From NCBI GenBank assembly GCA_965248925.1, contig CBDFLE010000005.1:128001-192000 (forward strand): DNA of 64,000 bases, written 5' to 3'. The DNA is from Candidatus Multivoradales bacterium (GTDB lineage: Bacteria; Acidobacteriota; Thermoanaerobaculia; Multivoradales; J023). A model generated the notes under the pieces. That model did no database searches. It was not told the origin of the DNA and worked only from the letters and a program-made list of their open reading frames with translations. This document shows positions 18,553 through 25,984 of this stretch, one piece after another. The position numbers and the translations under genes were made by a program. How positions within the stretch are numbered: position 1 is the first letter of the stretch; every line of letters begins with the position of its first letter.

Positions 18553-19554
18553 ATGAGGCGTTGGGGCAACCTCTTCGCCGCAGTCGCCGCTCCGCTATTT
18601 CTGTGGAGGGCCTGGCGACGGTTCCGGCGCGGCAAGCGCAAGCGGCCCTCTGTGCTTGCCTTTGAGCAGCGCGCGGAGCGCGAGGTGTTGCTGTTGGCAC
18701 GGCAGCTCGATGCTGCTACTTATTGCCCTGGGCAGTTCCGCAAGCTCCTGCTACGGGAGCCCAAGCGGCGCTTGATCGCCGCCGCGCCAGTGCGTGACCG
18801 GGTAGTGCATCACGCGATCCACGGTGCCTTGGCGCCGCTTCTCGACCGAGGCCTTGTCGACTCGACCTTCGCCTGCCTGGAGGGCCGAGGTAGCCATCGC
18901 GCGGTGCTGGCCTGTTGGCAGAGCATGCGGCGTTGGCGCTATGTGCTGGCGCTCGACATTCGGCACTACTTTCTCAGCATCGACCGCGGGATTCTCTTGC
19001 ACGAGGTGATGGCACGGCGGATCAAGGACTGGCGGCTGCTGGAACTGCTCCGCACGGTGGCCGGGAGCGGCGCCGGGCTCTACCGCGGCCGCCAAGTCGT
19101 CGAGTTACTGCAACTGCCAGCAGGCTTTCCTCCCATCGGGTGCGGCTTGCCGATTGGCAACCTCACCAGTCAGTGGTGGGGTAATCACTACTTGTCGGGC
19201 CTCGATCACTACATCAAGCGGCAGCTGAAGGTGCCGGGCTACCAGCGCTACATGGACGATCTGACCCTCTTCGCCGACTCGCGTTCTCAGCTCCTGGAGG
19301 CACGGCAGGCGATCGCAGAATGGTTGCTTTGGCATCGCAAATTACTCCTCAAGCGGCCGGCCGCTGAGCCTCGTTCGACCCGCCGGCCGCTGAGCTATCT
19401 CGGCTACCGGGTGGGGCGCGGTGGAGTGGCGCCGCTCCGAGGGGTCCTGCAACGCCTGGAGAGGCGGGTGGCTGAGCGTCTGCACAGCGGTGATGCCGAG
19501 GCGGTGGAGAGGACTCTCGCGGCTTACAAAGGGGTGGTCACTTTTGTCGGTTGA
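18553..19554 (+). CDS. DGR reverse transcriptase (333 aa)
   Basis: EPKRRLIAAAPVRDRVVHHAI, LDIRHYFLSID, GLPIGNLTSQ, QRYMDD, YLGY; no maturase or endonuclease domain. Confidence 0.95.
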   Translation: MRRWGNLFAAVAAPLFLWRAWRRFRRGKRKRPSVLAFEQRAEREVLLLARQLDAATYCPGQFRKLLLREPKRRLIAAAPVRDRVVHHAIHGALAPLLDRGLVDSTFACLEGRGSHRAVLACWQSMRRWRYVLALDIRHYFLSIDRGILLHEVMARRIKDWRLLELLRTVAGSGAGLYRGRQVVELLQLPAGFPPIGCGLPIGNLTSQWWGNHYLSGLDHYIKRQLKVPGYQRYMDDLTLFADSRSQLLEARQAIAEWLLWHRKLLLKRPAAEPRSTRRPLSYLGYRVGRGGVAPLRGVLQRLERRVAERLHSGDAEAVERTLAAYKGVVTFVG

Positions 19555-19650
19555 AGATGACAATAGACTAATTATCGGAACTTATGTCGACAACAGATCG
19601 GTATTTGTCTACAACAAGCAGGGAGATGCTGAACTTGTTGACAAAAAGGG

Positions 19651-22600
19651 TCAAATTTCGTCCAAGAACACCGCCAGGGGCTCCGCCCCTGGACCCCGAA
19701 TGCACCGGAACAAGGCAGACAATGAGCAAGAATCAAAGGCTCGGGGGAGAGACGGCCACACGAAAGCCGATATTCGAGTTCCGGCTCCTGGCCGGGAGCC
19801 GGCGCGGATCGCAGAGCGCAGGCTCCGCGCGGGACTGCCCCAGCCGCCGCCCCGGAGGAACCTGGCATCACCCTCCTTCAGGTCAGGAAAGATCTCCCTG
19901 TACGCATCGTCCTTCTCGAACTCCCGAAGGTCGGGGTGGTCGCTATCGAGGCACCACTCCCACACGTTGCCGGCCAGGTCCAGGTGCCCATAGGGCCCGG
20001 CACCGGCCGGGTAGGCGCCTACGGGTGTGGGGTGTTCTTGGTGGTTGGCGAAGTTGGCCAGCTCGGGTGTGGGCTTGTCTTTCCCCCACGGGTAGTCACC
20101 TTTCGGTGCATCGGCTGCGGCTAGCCATTCGGCGCTGGTGGGCAGGTGGACCTGCTCGTGGCGCTGCTTGGCCAGCCAGGCGCAGTAGGCCATGGCCTCG
20201 AACCAGGACACGCCCACCACGGGTCGGTTGGGGGTGGTCAGCTGTGCCTGCCAGTTCTCGGGGGAGGTCCACTTCTCCTGCTGGCGTCGCTCCCAGCCAT
20301 CGTCGTCCCACCAGCGGCGGGATTCGTAGCCGCGCTCCTGGTCGACGAACACCAGATATTCATCCACCGTCACCGGATAGCGGCCCAGGCGCAGCCCCTC
20401 GACCGCAGAGACCGGTGGCCAGTCGGGGCGCCGCAGGCGTGGATCGCCGGCTCGGCCCAGGGCCGCCGCAACTTCGAGTCGCTTCTTGATGCCGATCTTG
20501 GCGGCGCCAGCCTTGGTGAAGATCTTGAGTGAGCGCTTCAGGGCCCGCTTGTATTCAGCGGTGACCGCCGACGGAGGCTGGTAGCCATAGGCTTTCACCG
20601 GCTCCAACATGGCACCGACCGCGGCCGCTACGCGGGCATCAGCGGCCAGGCTGGTGTCGTCGCCGCGAAGTGCCAGCAGTCTCCCGAGTAAACGGTCCAC
20701 CCGCCGGTCGCCGCCGCTGTCGAGCAGAGTGCCGGGGAGGATGGCCAGAGTCTCGCGCCATTGTGGATCTTCCAGGTGCTGCTCAACGATCGGCCACCAG
20801 TCGTCCTCGGGATTCTCGCTGCCATCGCCGAGCGAGGCGAGCTGCTTGGCTGCCAGAGCTTCCTGGAAAGTTAGATGCCAGAAACGCAGGTTGCGGCCGG
20901 CGAGTTCTTCGATAATGCCGCTGCTCGCGCACTCGAACTCCAGCCATCGCTTGGCCAGCTGGCGGCGGTCGGCGGTGGCCTTCAGCGCGGTGTAGAAGCG
21001 AAGCACCACCGGTTCGATGGCCAGCGCCGCGTCCTCGAGGCCGATCAATGACAGCTTGCCTCCCTCCTGATCCATCATCCGTAGTGCCAGCGCAGCCAAG
21101 GCGCTCCAGGCGAAGTGTTCCGTGAATCCTGCTGCCTTGCGCTGCTTGGCCCGCGCTTGGAGCAGCCAACGCAGCACCGCTGAGTAGACTCGCGAACGCC
21201 CTTCGGGTAGCTCTTGCTCGTTCCAGTGAATGACGCATAGGCAGGTCAGCATCACCGGGTTGGCGGCCAGGCGGCGTACTCGCGGGACGTCGATCATGGC
21301 GGAGCGCAGGGTCTCTTGGTAGCGCCTGACTTCACCGCTCAGCTGGGTGTGGATATCTAGACCGTGAAGAGCCTCTACCCACAGCTTCAGGAAGCGCCCG
21401 ATCTGGCCATCGTCGAAGGGCTGAATCTTGGCCACGGTGAAGCCCATGGCGAGGAGTTCGGCGGTCTGCACAGGACGACTGGCGACGGTGATCGGCCCCG
21501 GCCACTGAGCGGCGGCATCGGCCAGAACATCGAGCAAGCGGTGGCGCAGGCTCTGCTCGCCGACTTCGTCGAGACCATCGAGCAGAAGCCAGGCATCGCC
21601 CGCTTCGAGCAGCTGGCGCCAGGCTTGTCGCTGGCAATTGGCCGGGTTGGCGCGGGCGCTGGCGATCAGCAGGTCGAGCAGCCGGTCGCGGTCGTCACGG
21701 TGTCCGGGGGTGTCAGCCTGAGCGGTAAGGAGCTTCGCCAGCTGTGCGAAGCGTAGATAGATCGGTACTTTGGCTGGCTGGTCGGCGGGCAGAGCGAGAA
21801 AGTGCTGCCGCCAAGTGTTCCCACCAGGGCCCCGCAGGCCATGGCCGTCGCGGGCCAGCAGGGTGGCGGTGAGGCGCAAGAAGGTGGTCTTGCCGGCGCC
21901 AGGTTGGCCTTCGATCAGCAGCCGCGGGTGAGCGGCCAGCTGGTCTGCGAGGGGTTCGCCACCGGCACGCTCGAAATGCAGCAGTGCTACCTCCTGGTCC
22001 CGCTCGCTGGCCGTGGATCGGCTGAGCAGTGGGGTGTAGAGCTTCTCGATAGGACGAAGAATGGCCTTGCGGGCTTGGCCAGCTCGCGAGGCGATGCCGC
22101 GGATTTTGAGCAGGCCAAGGTCGGCGATGACCCCGTCGAGATAGCAAGGCAGATCGAGCCTGGGCGCGGGGCTCGGGCGGCGCCGTGAGCCGCGGGAAGA
22201 CTCGCTCGCACGGATTTCCACGCCAGCAGCACCTGGATCGGCGCCGAAGGTTGAGTTGTGCAGCAGCCGCATCTCGCCGCCGACCTGCGGCGTGCGCACT
22301 CGTGGCCAGATCCGCACTGCACCGTCCTCATCGATCTCCCCCCAGGTGTAACCCACCCGGCGTTCCTCTTGCTTGGAGCCGTAGTGCTCGAGACCGAAGA
22401 GCGACGGGGATTGGCAGGCGAGGCGTCCGCCGATGTCGCGCTCAATACCGGGCTGGTGCAGGTGGCCGTACAGGCATAGGGCAAATCTGTCGGGCGGACA
22501 GATACTGGCCTGAAACTCAGCACGGGCGGCTGGGGAGAACCAACCGGGCGGTTGGTGGAACATCAGCAGCGCCTGGGCGCAGTCGTCCAGCACGCTCAGC

Positions 22601-23274
22601 GGCGAGCTGCTGTTGGGTGGTGCCAGTGCGTGGTGGAGCTGCTCGACGGAGATCTCCAGGCGGTTAGCGAACTCGTCATCTGTCCTATTCTGCCGATACT
22701 GGCGCCAGGTGCTGTTGAGACCCACAACTGTCAGGGGAAATCCTGTGGGCGACACGGTGACTCGCAAGTCACCAAGGAAGTGCGAGAGGTGGAGCTCAGC
22801 CCATTTCGTGCTCACCACTGCCGGCACTAACCGCCGCTCTAGCCAGGCCAGGTACTCGGTGAAGAGAGGCTGCAGGAAGTCGGCATTGGGTTGCGACCCC
22901 CAGAGTTCGTCGTGCAAGCTGCGGAATGCCGGGCCATCATCATCCAACACTGAGAACTTGTAGACGGCGGTAGGCCTGGCGAGGTCGTGATTGCCTGGTA
23001 CCGGTACCACCAGCGGCCGGTCGCCGAAGGGTGCTAGCCAGCTGGTGACCTGATCGAGGAAAGCGTCAACCAGTTTGAACTGCTTCTGCTGGCCGGAGAA
23101 GCTGAGATCGCCGCTGAACAGCAGCAGATGAGGCGGGCCGAGCTGCTCGGCCATTGCGATCAGGTCGGCTTGTAGCTCGTGCTGAGCCTGCCACCAGTGC
23201 TCGCCACCGCGGCAGCCTGCGTGTAGATCTGAGAAGTGCAGCCAACGCACTGGCCGCGGTCGAGATCGGGGCAT
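19651..23274 (-). CDS. DGR target 2: NLR-like metallophosphoesterase - NACHT - FGE/CLec protein; frameshifted in VR2 (stop would be at 19733 without the deletion)
   Basis: WLHFSDLH, SGDL, PGNHD, GHLH calcineurin-like motifs; GQPGAGKT; LLLDGLDE; LAGNVWEWC, FLRGGGW; GGAGG RBS. Confidence 0.9.
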   Translation of the reverse strand: MPRSRPRPVRWLHFSDLHAGCRGGEHWWQAQHELQADLIAMAEQLGPPHLLLFSGDLSFSGQQKQFKLVDAFLDQVTSWLAPFGDRPLVVPVPGNHDLARPTAVYKFSVLDDDGPAFRSLHDELWGSQPNADFLQPLFTEYLAWLERRLVPAVVSTKWAELHLSHFLGDLRVTVSPTGFPLTVVGLNSTWRQYRQNRTDDEFANRLEISVEQLHHALAPPNSSSPLSVLDDCAQALLMFHQPPGWFSPAARAEFQASICPPDRFALCLYGHLHQPGIERDIGGRLACQSPSLFGLEHYGSKQEERRVGYTWGEIDEDGAVRIWPRVRTPQVGGEMRLLHNSTFGADPGAAGVEIRASESSRGSRRRPSPAPRLDLPCYLDGVIADLGLLKIRGIASRAGQARKAILRPIEKLYTPLLSRSTASERDQEVALLHFERAGGEPLADQLAAHPRLLIEGQPGAGKTTFLRLTATLLARDGHGLRGPGGNTWRQHFLALPADQPAKVPIYLRFAQLAKLLTAQADTPGHRDDRDRLLDLLIASARANPANCQRQAWRQLLEAGDAWLLLDGLDEVGEQSLRHRLLDVLADAAAQWPGPITVASRPVQTAELLAMGFTVAKIQPFDDGQIGRFLKLWVEALHGLDIHTQLSGEVRRYQETLRSAMIDVPRVRRLAANPVMLTCLCVIHWNEQELPEGRSRVYSAVLRWLLQARAKQRKAAGFTEHFAWSALAALALRMMDQEGGKLSLIGLEDAALAIEPVVLRFYTALKATADRRQLAKRWLEFECASSGIIEELAGRNLRFWHLTFQEALAAKQLASLGDGSENPEDDWWPIVEQHLEDPQWRETLAILPGTLLDSGGDRRVDRLLGRLLALRGDDTSLAADARVAAAVGAMLEPVKAYGYQPPSAVTAEYKRALKRSLKIFTKAGAAKIGIKKRLEVAAALGRAGDPRLRRPDWPPVSAVEGLRLGRYPVTVDEYLVFVDQERGYESRRWWDDDGWERRQQEKWTSPENWQAQLTTPNRPVVGVSWFEAMAYCAWLAKQRHEQVHLPTSAEWLAAADAPKGDYPWGKDKPTPELANFANHQEHPTPVGAYPAGAGPYGHLDLAGNVWEWCLDSDHPDLREFEKDDAYREIFPDLKEGDARFLRGGGWGSPARSLRSAIRAGSRPGAGTRISAFVWPSLPRAFDSCSLSALFRCIRGPGAEPLAVFLDEI
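19674..19692 (-). promoter_or_regulatory. GC-rich hairpin/cruciform downstream of VR2
   Basis: Minus strand CCAGGGGC-GGA-GCCCCTGG, 8-bp stem with 3-nt loop. Confidence 0.85.
19739..19853 (-). repeat. DGR variable repeat VR2 (carries a 1-nt deletion)
   Basis: 115 bp vs 116-bp TR; 11 substitutions plus 1 deletion, all at TR adenines. Confidence 0.95.
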
Positions 23275-23325
23275 ATTCTTGTTCCTCCCAGTGGATCAGA
23301 GAGGATTGTAGCCGATCAAGTCTTG

Positions 23326-23571
23326 CTATTCGCCGTCCAAGGTCTCGGCCAAGCTCGTGGCGGTCAAGATTCGTCTGGCCCAGCGCCTGAGCTGTCCGCT
23401 GTCCGCGGCCGCGATGCGCCGCCGAGAGACTTCGTCGACGTCACCGAAGCGGCTCTCGATGAGATCGATCAACAGTTGCGACTGCCCTTGCTTCAAGCCT
23501 TGCTTGAGTCCCTGCTCACGCCCTTCTCGGAGCCACTGTGCAGGCCATTGTGCGACGGTTTCGCGGAGCAT
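23326..23571 (-). CDS. Putative intragenic RpnS-like small protein (81 aa) in rpn copy 2
   Basis: AGGAGGT-acgaaac-ATG internal in-frame start, conserved with copy 1. Confidence 0.65.
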   Translation of the reverse strand: MLRETVAQWPAQWLREGREQGLKQGLKQGQSQLLIDLIESRFGDVDEVSRRRIAAADSGQLRRWARRILTATSLAETLDGE

Positions 23572-24288
23572 GTTTCGTACCTCCTGCAAATCTGTGAGCG
23601 CCGGTATCTCGGCGTCTGGGTAGCGAGCTGGCAGCAAAGAGTGCTGCAAGAAAGCCAAGAACGTGCGACTCAGCCGCGGATCGGCTATGGCCTTCAACCT
23701 CTCGACCAATCTTAGCGCATGGCGCCGCAACTGTCCCGCGCCGCTGCTGCGCTCTAGATCGAAGAGGATCGACGCCAGGTTGCCGCGGGTTGGCGACGGT
23801 GAGGCGCGGTGTTCGTCGATTAGCAGGTAGCGCAGCCGTGGCCGATAGTCGTCGCAGCCATCTGGACCTGGAGTGATTAGCTCGGCGACATCGGTGGGCG
23901 CGGTCCAGGGTCGACTGCCATTGTAGATCACCAGCGGTACCACCGGAGGCAGAGTCTCTCCTCGCTTGATCTGGCCGGCGCGGAGTAGCCCTTCGTAGAA
24001 GAGGCCGAGATAGGTCATCAAGCGAAGAGCCATCCAGGGCTCGTTGCGCGACTGGAACTCGAACAACAGGTAGATGTAGATCCACCCCAGGCGGTGGCGC
24101 AATCGCCAAACCAGGTCTTTCTCGCGCCGTGTCAGGCGATCGGAGATTTCTACTTCGGGGGCTTTCTCCAGGGTGGAGAAGTCGAGCCCCTGGATCCAAT
24201 CCCCGCCGCCATAGGCGCGCAGCAGGTCTTCCACCATCGGTCGGTGGGAGAAAAGCAGGCGATATGCGCTGTCGTGTTTTTCTGCCAC
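23326..24288 (-). CDS. Rpn family recombination-promoting nuclease, copy 2
   Basis: Near-identical paralog of 12698-13672; GTG start after AGGAGG. Confidence 0.88.
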   Translation of the reverse strand: MAEKHDSAYRLLFSHRPMVEDLLRAYGGGDWIQGLDFSTLEKAPEVEISDRLTRREKDLVWRLRHRLGWIYIYLLFEFQSRNEPWMALRLMTYLGLFYEGLLRAGQIKRGETLPPVVPLVIYNGSRPWTAPTDVAELITPGPDGCDDYRPRLRYLLIDEHRASPSPTRGNLASILFDLERSSGAGQLRRHALRLVERLKAIADPRLSRTFLAFLQHSLLPARYPDAEIPALTDLQEVRNMLRETVAQWPAQWLREGREQGLKQGLKQGQSQLLIDLIESRFGDVDEVSRRRIAAADSGQLRRWARRILTATSLAETLDGE

Positions 24289-24385
24289 TGTCCATGACCT
24301 CCTTTGGTCATGAACAGGGACGGAAAACTGTGACGGGATCTTGCGGGAGATCGGCGACAGGGCGTCAGAGCCTGCTCTACTCGGC

Positions 24386-24865
24386 TCAGTTGGCGGTCTT
24401 TTTCGGCCCGTCGCCGCCGCTTTTTGCCTCGCTCGCCGCCGCGTCGCCAAACACTTCGCGGGCTTTGTTCTTGAGCCGCTGCTGCGCGGCCTCGACTTCG
24501 CGTAGGGCGTCGCGTAGTTGCTCGAGTTCGTCGGCGCGGACCTCCAGACCTTCGCGGATAAACAGAGCAGCAGCCTCGGAACGGCTCTTGACGGCGCCGA
24601 TCGCCACCCAATCGTCGAGTCGCTTCAGAGTATCTCCGTCGACCCGCACCATCACCACCTGATCGCGCTGTTTCTTGCCCATCTTCTCGACGCTGTCTTT
24701 GAGGTCGGGGGAGACACAGACTACTTTTACCCTGGCACCTTCGCCGAGGTCGAAGCCGAGGTCGAGGTCGGCGAGGTCGTGCTCTAAGTCGATGCCGTGA
24801 TGGGAGAGACGTTCCGAGATGCGTTGCAGGATGCTGCCGAGGTCGAAGTGAATCTTGTTGGCCAT
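24386..24865 (-). CDS. Ribbon-helix-helix (CopG-like) domain protein with coiled coil
   Basis: VVMVRVDGDTLKRLDDWVAIGAVKSRSEAAALFIREGL; AAGGAG RBS. Confidence 0.7.
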   Translation of the reverse strand: MANKIHFDLGSILQRISERLSHHGIDLEHDLADLDLGFDLGEGARVKVVCVSPDLKDSVEKMGKKQRDQVVMVRVDGDTLKRLDDWVAIGAVKSRSEAAALFIREGLEVRADELEQLRDALREVEAAQQRLKNKAREVFGDAAASEAKSGGDGPKKTAN

Positions 24866-24894
24866 TTGAGTCTCCTTAATTTCGTCTTTACCGT

Positions 24895-24918
24895 ATCACT
24901 GTAATTATATTACGTGAT
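24895..24918. promoter_or_regulatory. Imperfect palindrome upstream of the RHH gene, candidate operator
   Basis: ATCAC-T-GTAAT-TAT-ATTAC-GTGAT in an AT-rich intergenic region. Confidence 0.45.
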
Positions 24919-24971
24919 CCTCTCAAGGATGTTTCCTTTTTCTTTTGAGCTCCGGTCGGAGCCAATTCTGC

Positions 24972-25006
24972 TTGAGTGATCGAATCGAGTTAGCTAGAAT
25001 AGCTAA
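24972..25006 (+). promoter_or_regulatory. Sigma70-type promoter with overlapping palindromic operator of the TA operon
   Basis: TTGAGT-17 bp-TAGAAT; TTAGCTA-GAA-TAGCTAA (24990-25006) ends directly at the ATG. Confidence 0.7.
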
Positions 25007-25306
25007 ATGAAAACAGCTACTCTTACTGAAACCAAGAATCGACTCAGTGCTCTTGTGGATCAGGTGCGGCAGGGAGTGGAAGTGCTGATTCTCGATCGCG
25101 GCCGGCCGGTTGCCCGATTGGCGCCGGTCACGGGTGAAGATAGTGCGGTCTCGGAGGGCCGGGTAGCCCGTTTAGAGCGGCAAGGGGTGTTGCGCCGAGG
25201 TAGTGCAGCGCGGCGATCTGACCTGTTCGACCGGCCTCGGCCACGGCCGCGAAACGAGGCTAGCGTGGTGCAGGTGCTCCTGGATGAGCGGCGGGGTGGG
25301 CGGTGA
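25007..25306 (+). CDS. Phd/YefM family antitoxin
   Basis: MKTATLTETKNRLSALVDQVRQGVEVLILDRGRPVARL. Confidence 0.9.
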   Translation: MKTATLTETKNRLSALVDQVRQGVEVLILDRGRPVARLAPVTGEDSAVSEGRVARLERQGVLRRGSAARRSDLFDRPRPRPRNEASVVQVLLDERRGGR

Positions 25307-25755
25307 GGTTCTGGGACAGCTCGGCCTTGGTCCCGCTGATCGTCGAAGAAGAGACTTCCCGGTTGCTAGAAGTGCTGTTTCAGGATCCACAGAGCACCGC
25401 GGTTTGGTGGGCCACTGAAATTGAATGTGCTTCTGCGGTGGCGCGGCTTGAACGAATGGCTCATCTCAGCGTGTCGGAGGCGCAAACCGCTTTCGAACTG
25501 CTAACGGATCTTGCGCGGGTTTGGCATCGGGTTGATCCGGTTGCGGCGGTTCACTCTTCCGCCCGCCGTTTTCTTAGGGTCCATGACCTGCGGGCCGCCG
25601 ATGCTCTGCAGCTAGCCGCCGCCTACGTGGCCGCGGAAGGGCGTCCTGAGAGTTTGCAGCTTGTTTGCCTGGATGCTCGACTGGGCATCGCCGCTCAGCG
25701 AGAGGGCTTCCGCATCATTGACGCGGTTGCTTTGGCGCGGATGGAAGCTGAGTAA
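25303..25755 (+). CDS. vapC: VapC family PIN-domain toxin
   Basis: FWDSSALVPL..EE, LRAADALQLAAA, CLDARL..AA..EG; GTGA overlap with antitoxin. Confidence 0.9.
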   Translation: MRFWDSSALVPLIVEEETSRLLEVLFQDPQSTAVWWATEIECASAVARLERMAHLSVSEAQTAFELLTDLARVWHRVDPVAAVHSSARRFLRVHDLRAADALQLAAAYVAAEGRPESLQLVCLDARLGIAAQREGFRIIDAVALARMEAE

Positions 25756-25984
25756 CCTGGCCTGGCCAAATCTGGGCTGATGTTAGATCTGTGCAGACAA
25801 TGGTCAAGCCTGTACGTTGATTGCTCCTGGCAGGTTTGGAGTGCTCACTTCACCCATTGATGTTGATCTAGATAACCTCCTTTGAGACAGTGCTTTACGT
25901 CAGCACTCAGACTCCACTTAAGGGCTTGGCATAAGCCTCGCTATGGCTCTTTCTCCTGAACGACCTAATTCCAGGAGATTGATC

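Larger units (their letters stand above)
13845..23274. mobile_element. Diversity-generating retroelement with two target genes
   Basis: VR1 - hairpin - HTH/4HB - avd - TR - RT, then hairpin - VR2 on the opposite strand. Confidence 0.95.
23325..24390. repeat. Direct repeat copy 2 (rpn gene plus upstream region)
   Basis: Matches 12697-13774. Confidence 0.9.

Noticed and set aside
18445-19554. RT as a group II intron, retron or CRISPR-associated RT
   Set aside because: Short RT with no maturase or endonuclease domain, an LPIGNLTSQ motif, and an adjacent avd and TR/VR pair all indicate a DGR; the real start is probably 18553, not 18445
17053-19853. Three ~116-bp repeats as a CRISPR array or simple duplication
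   Set aside because: No repeat-spacer periodicity and no cas genes; adenine-specific differences identify them as TR and VRs
12698-24450. rpn copies as IS elements forming a composite transposon
   Set aside because: No terminal inverted repeats or target-site duplication seen; Rpn/YhgA proteins are PD-(D/E)XK nucleases, not demonstrated transposases. The N-terminal extensions in the ORF track precede the SD-GTG starts
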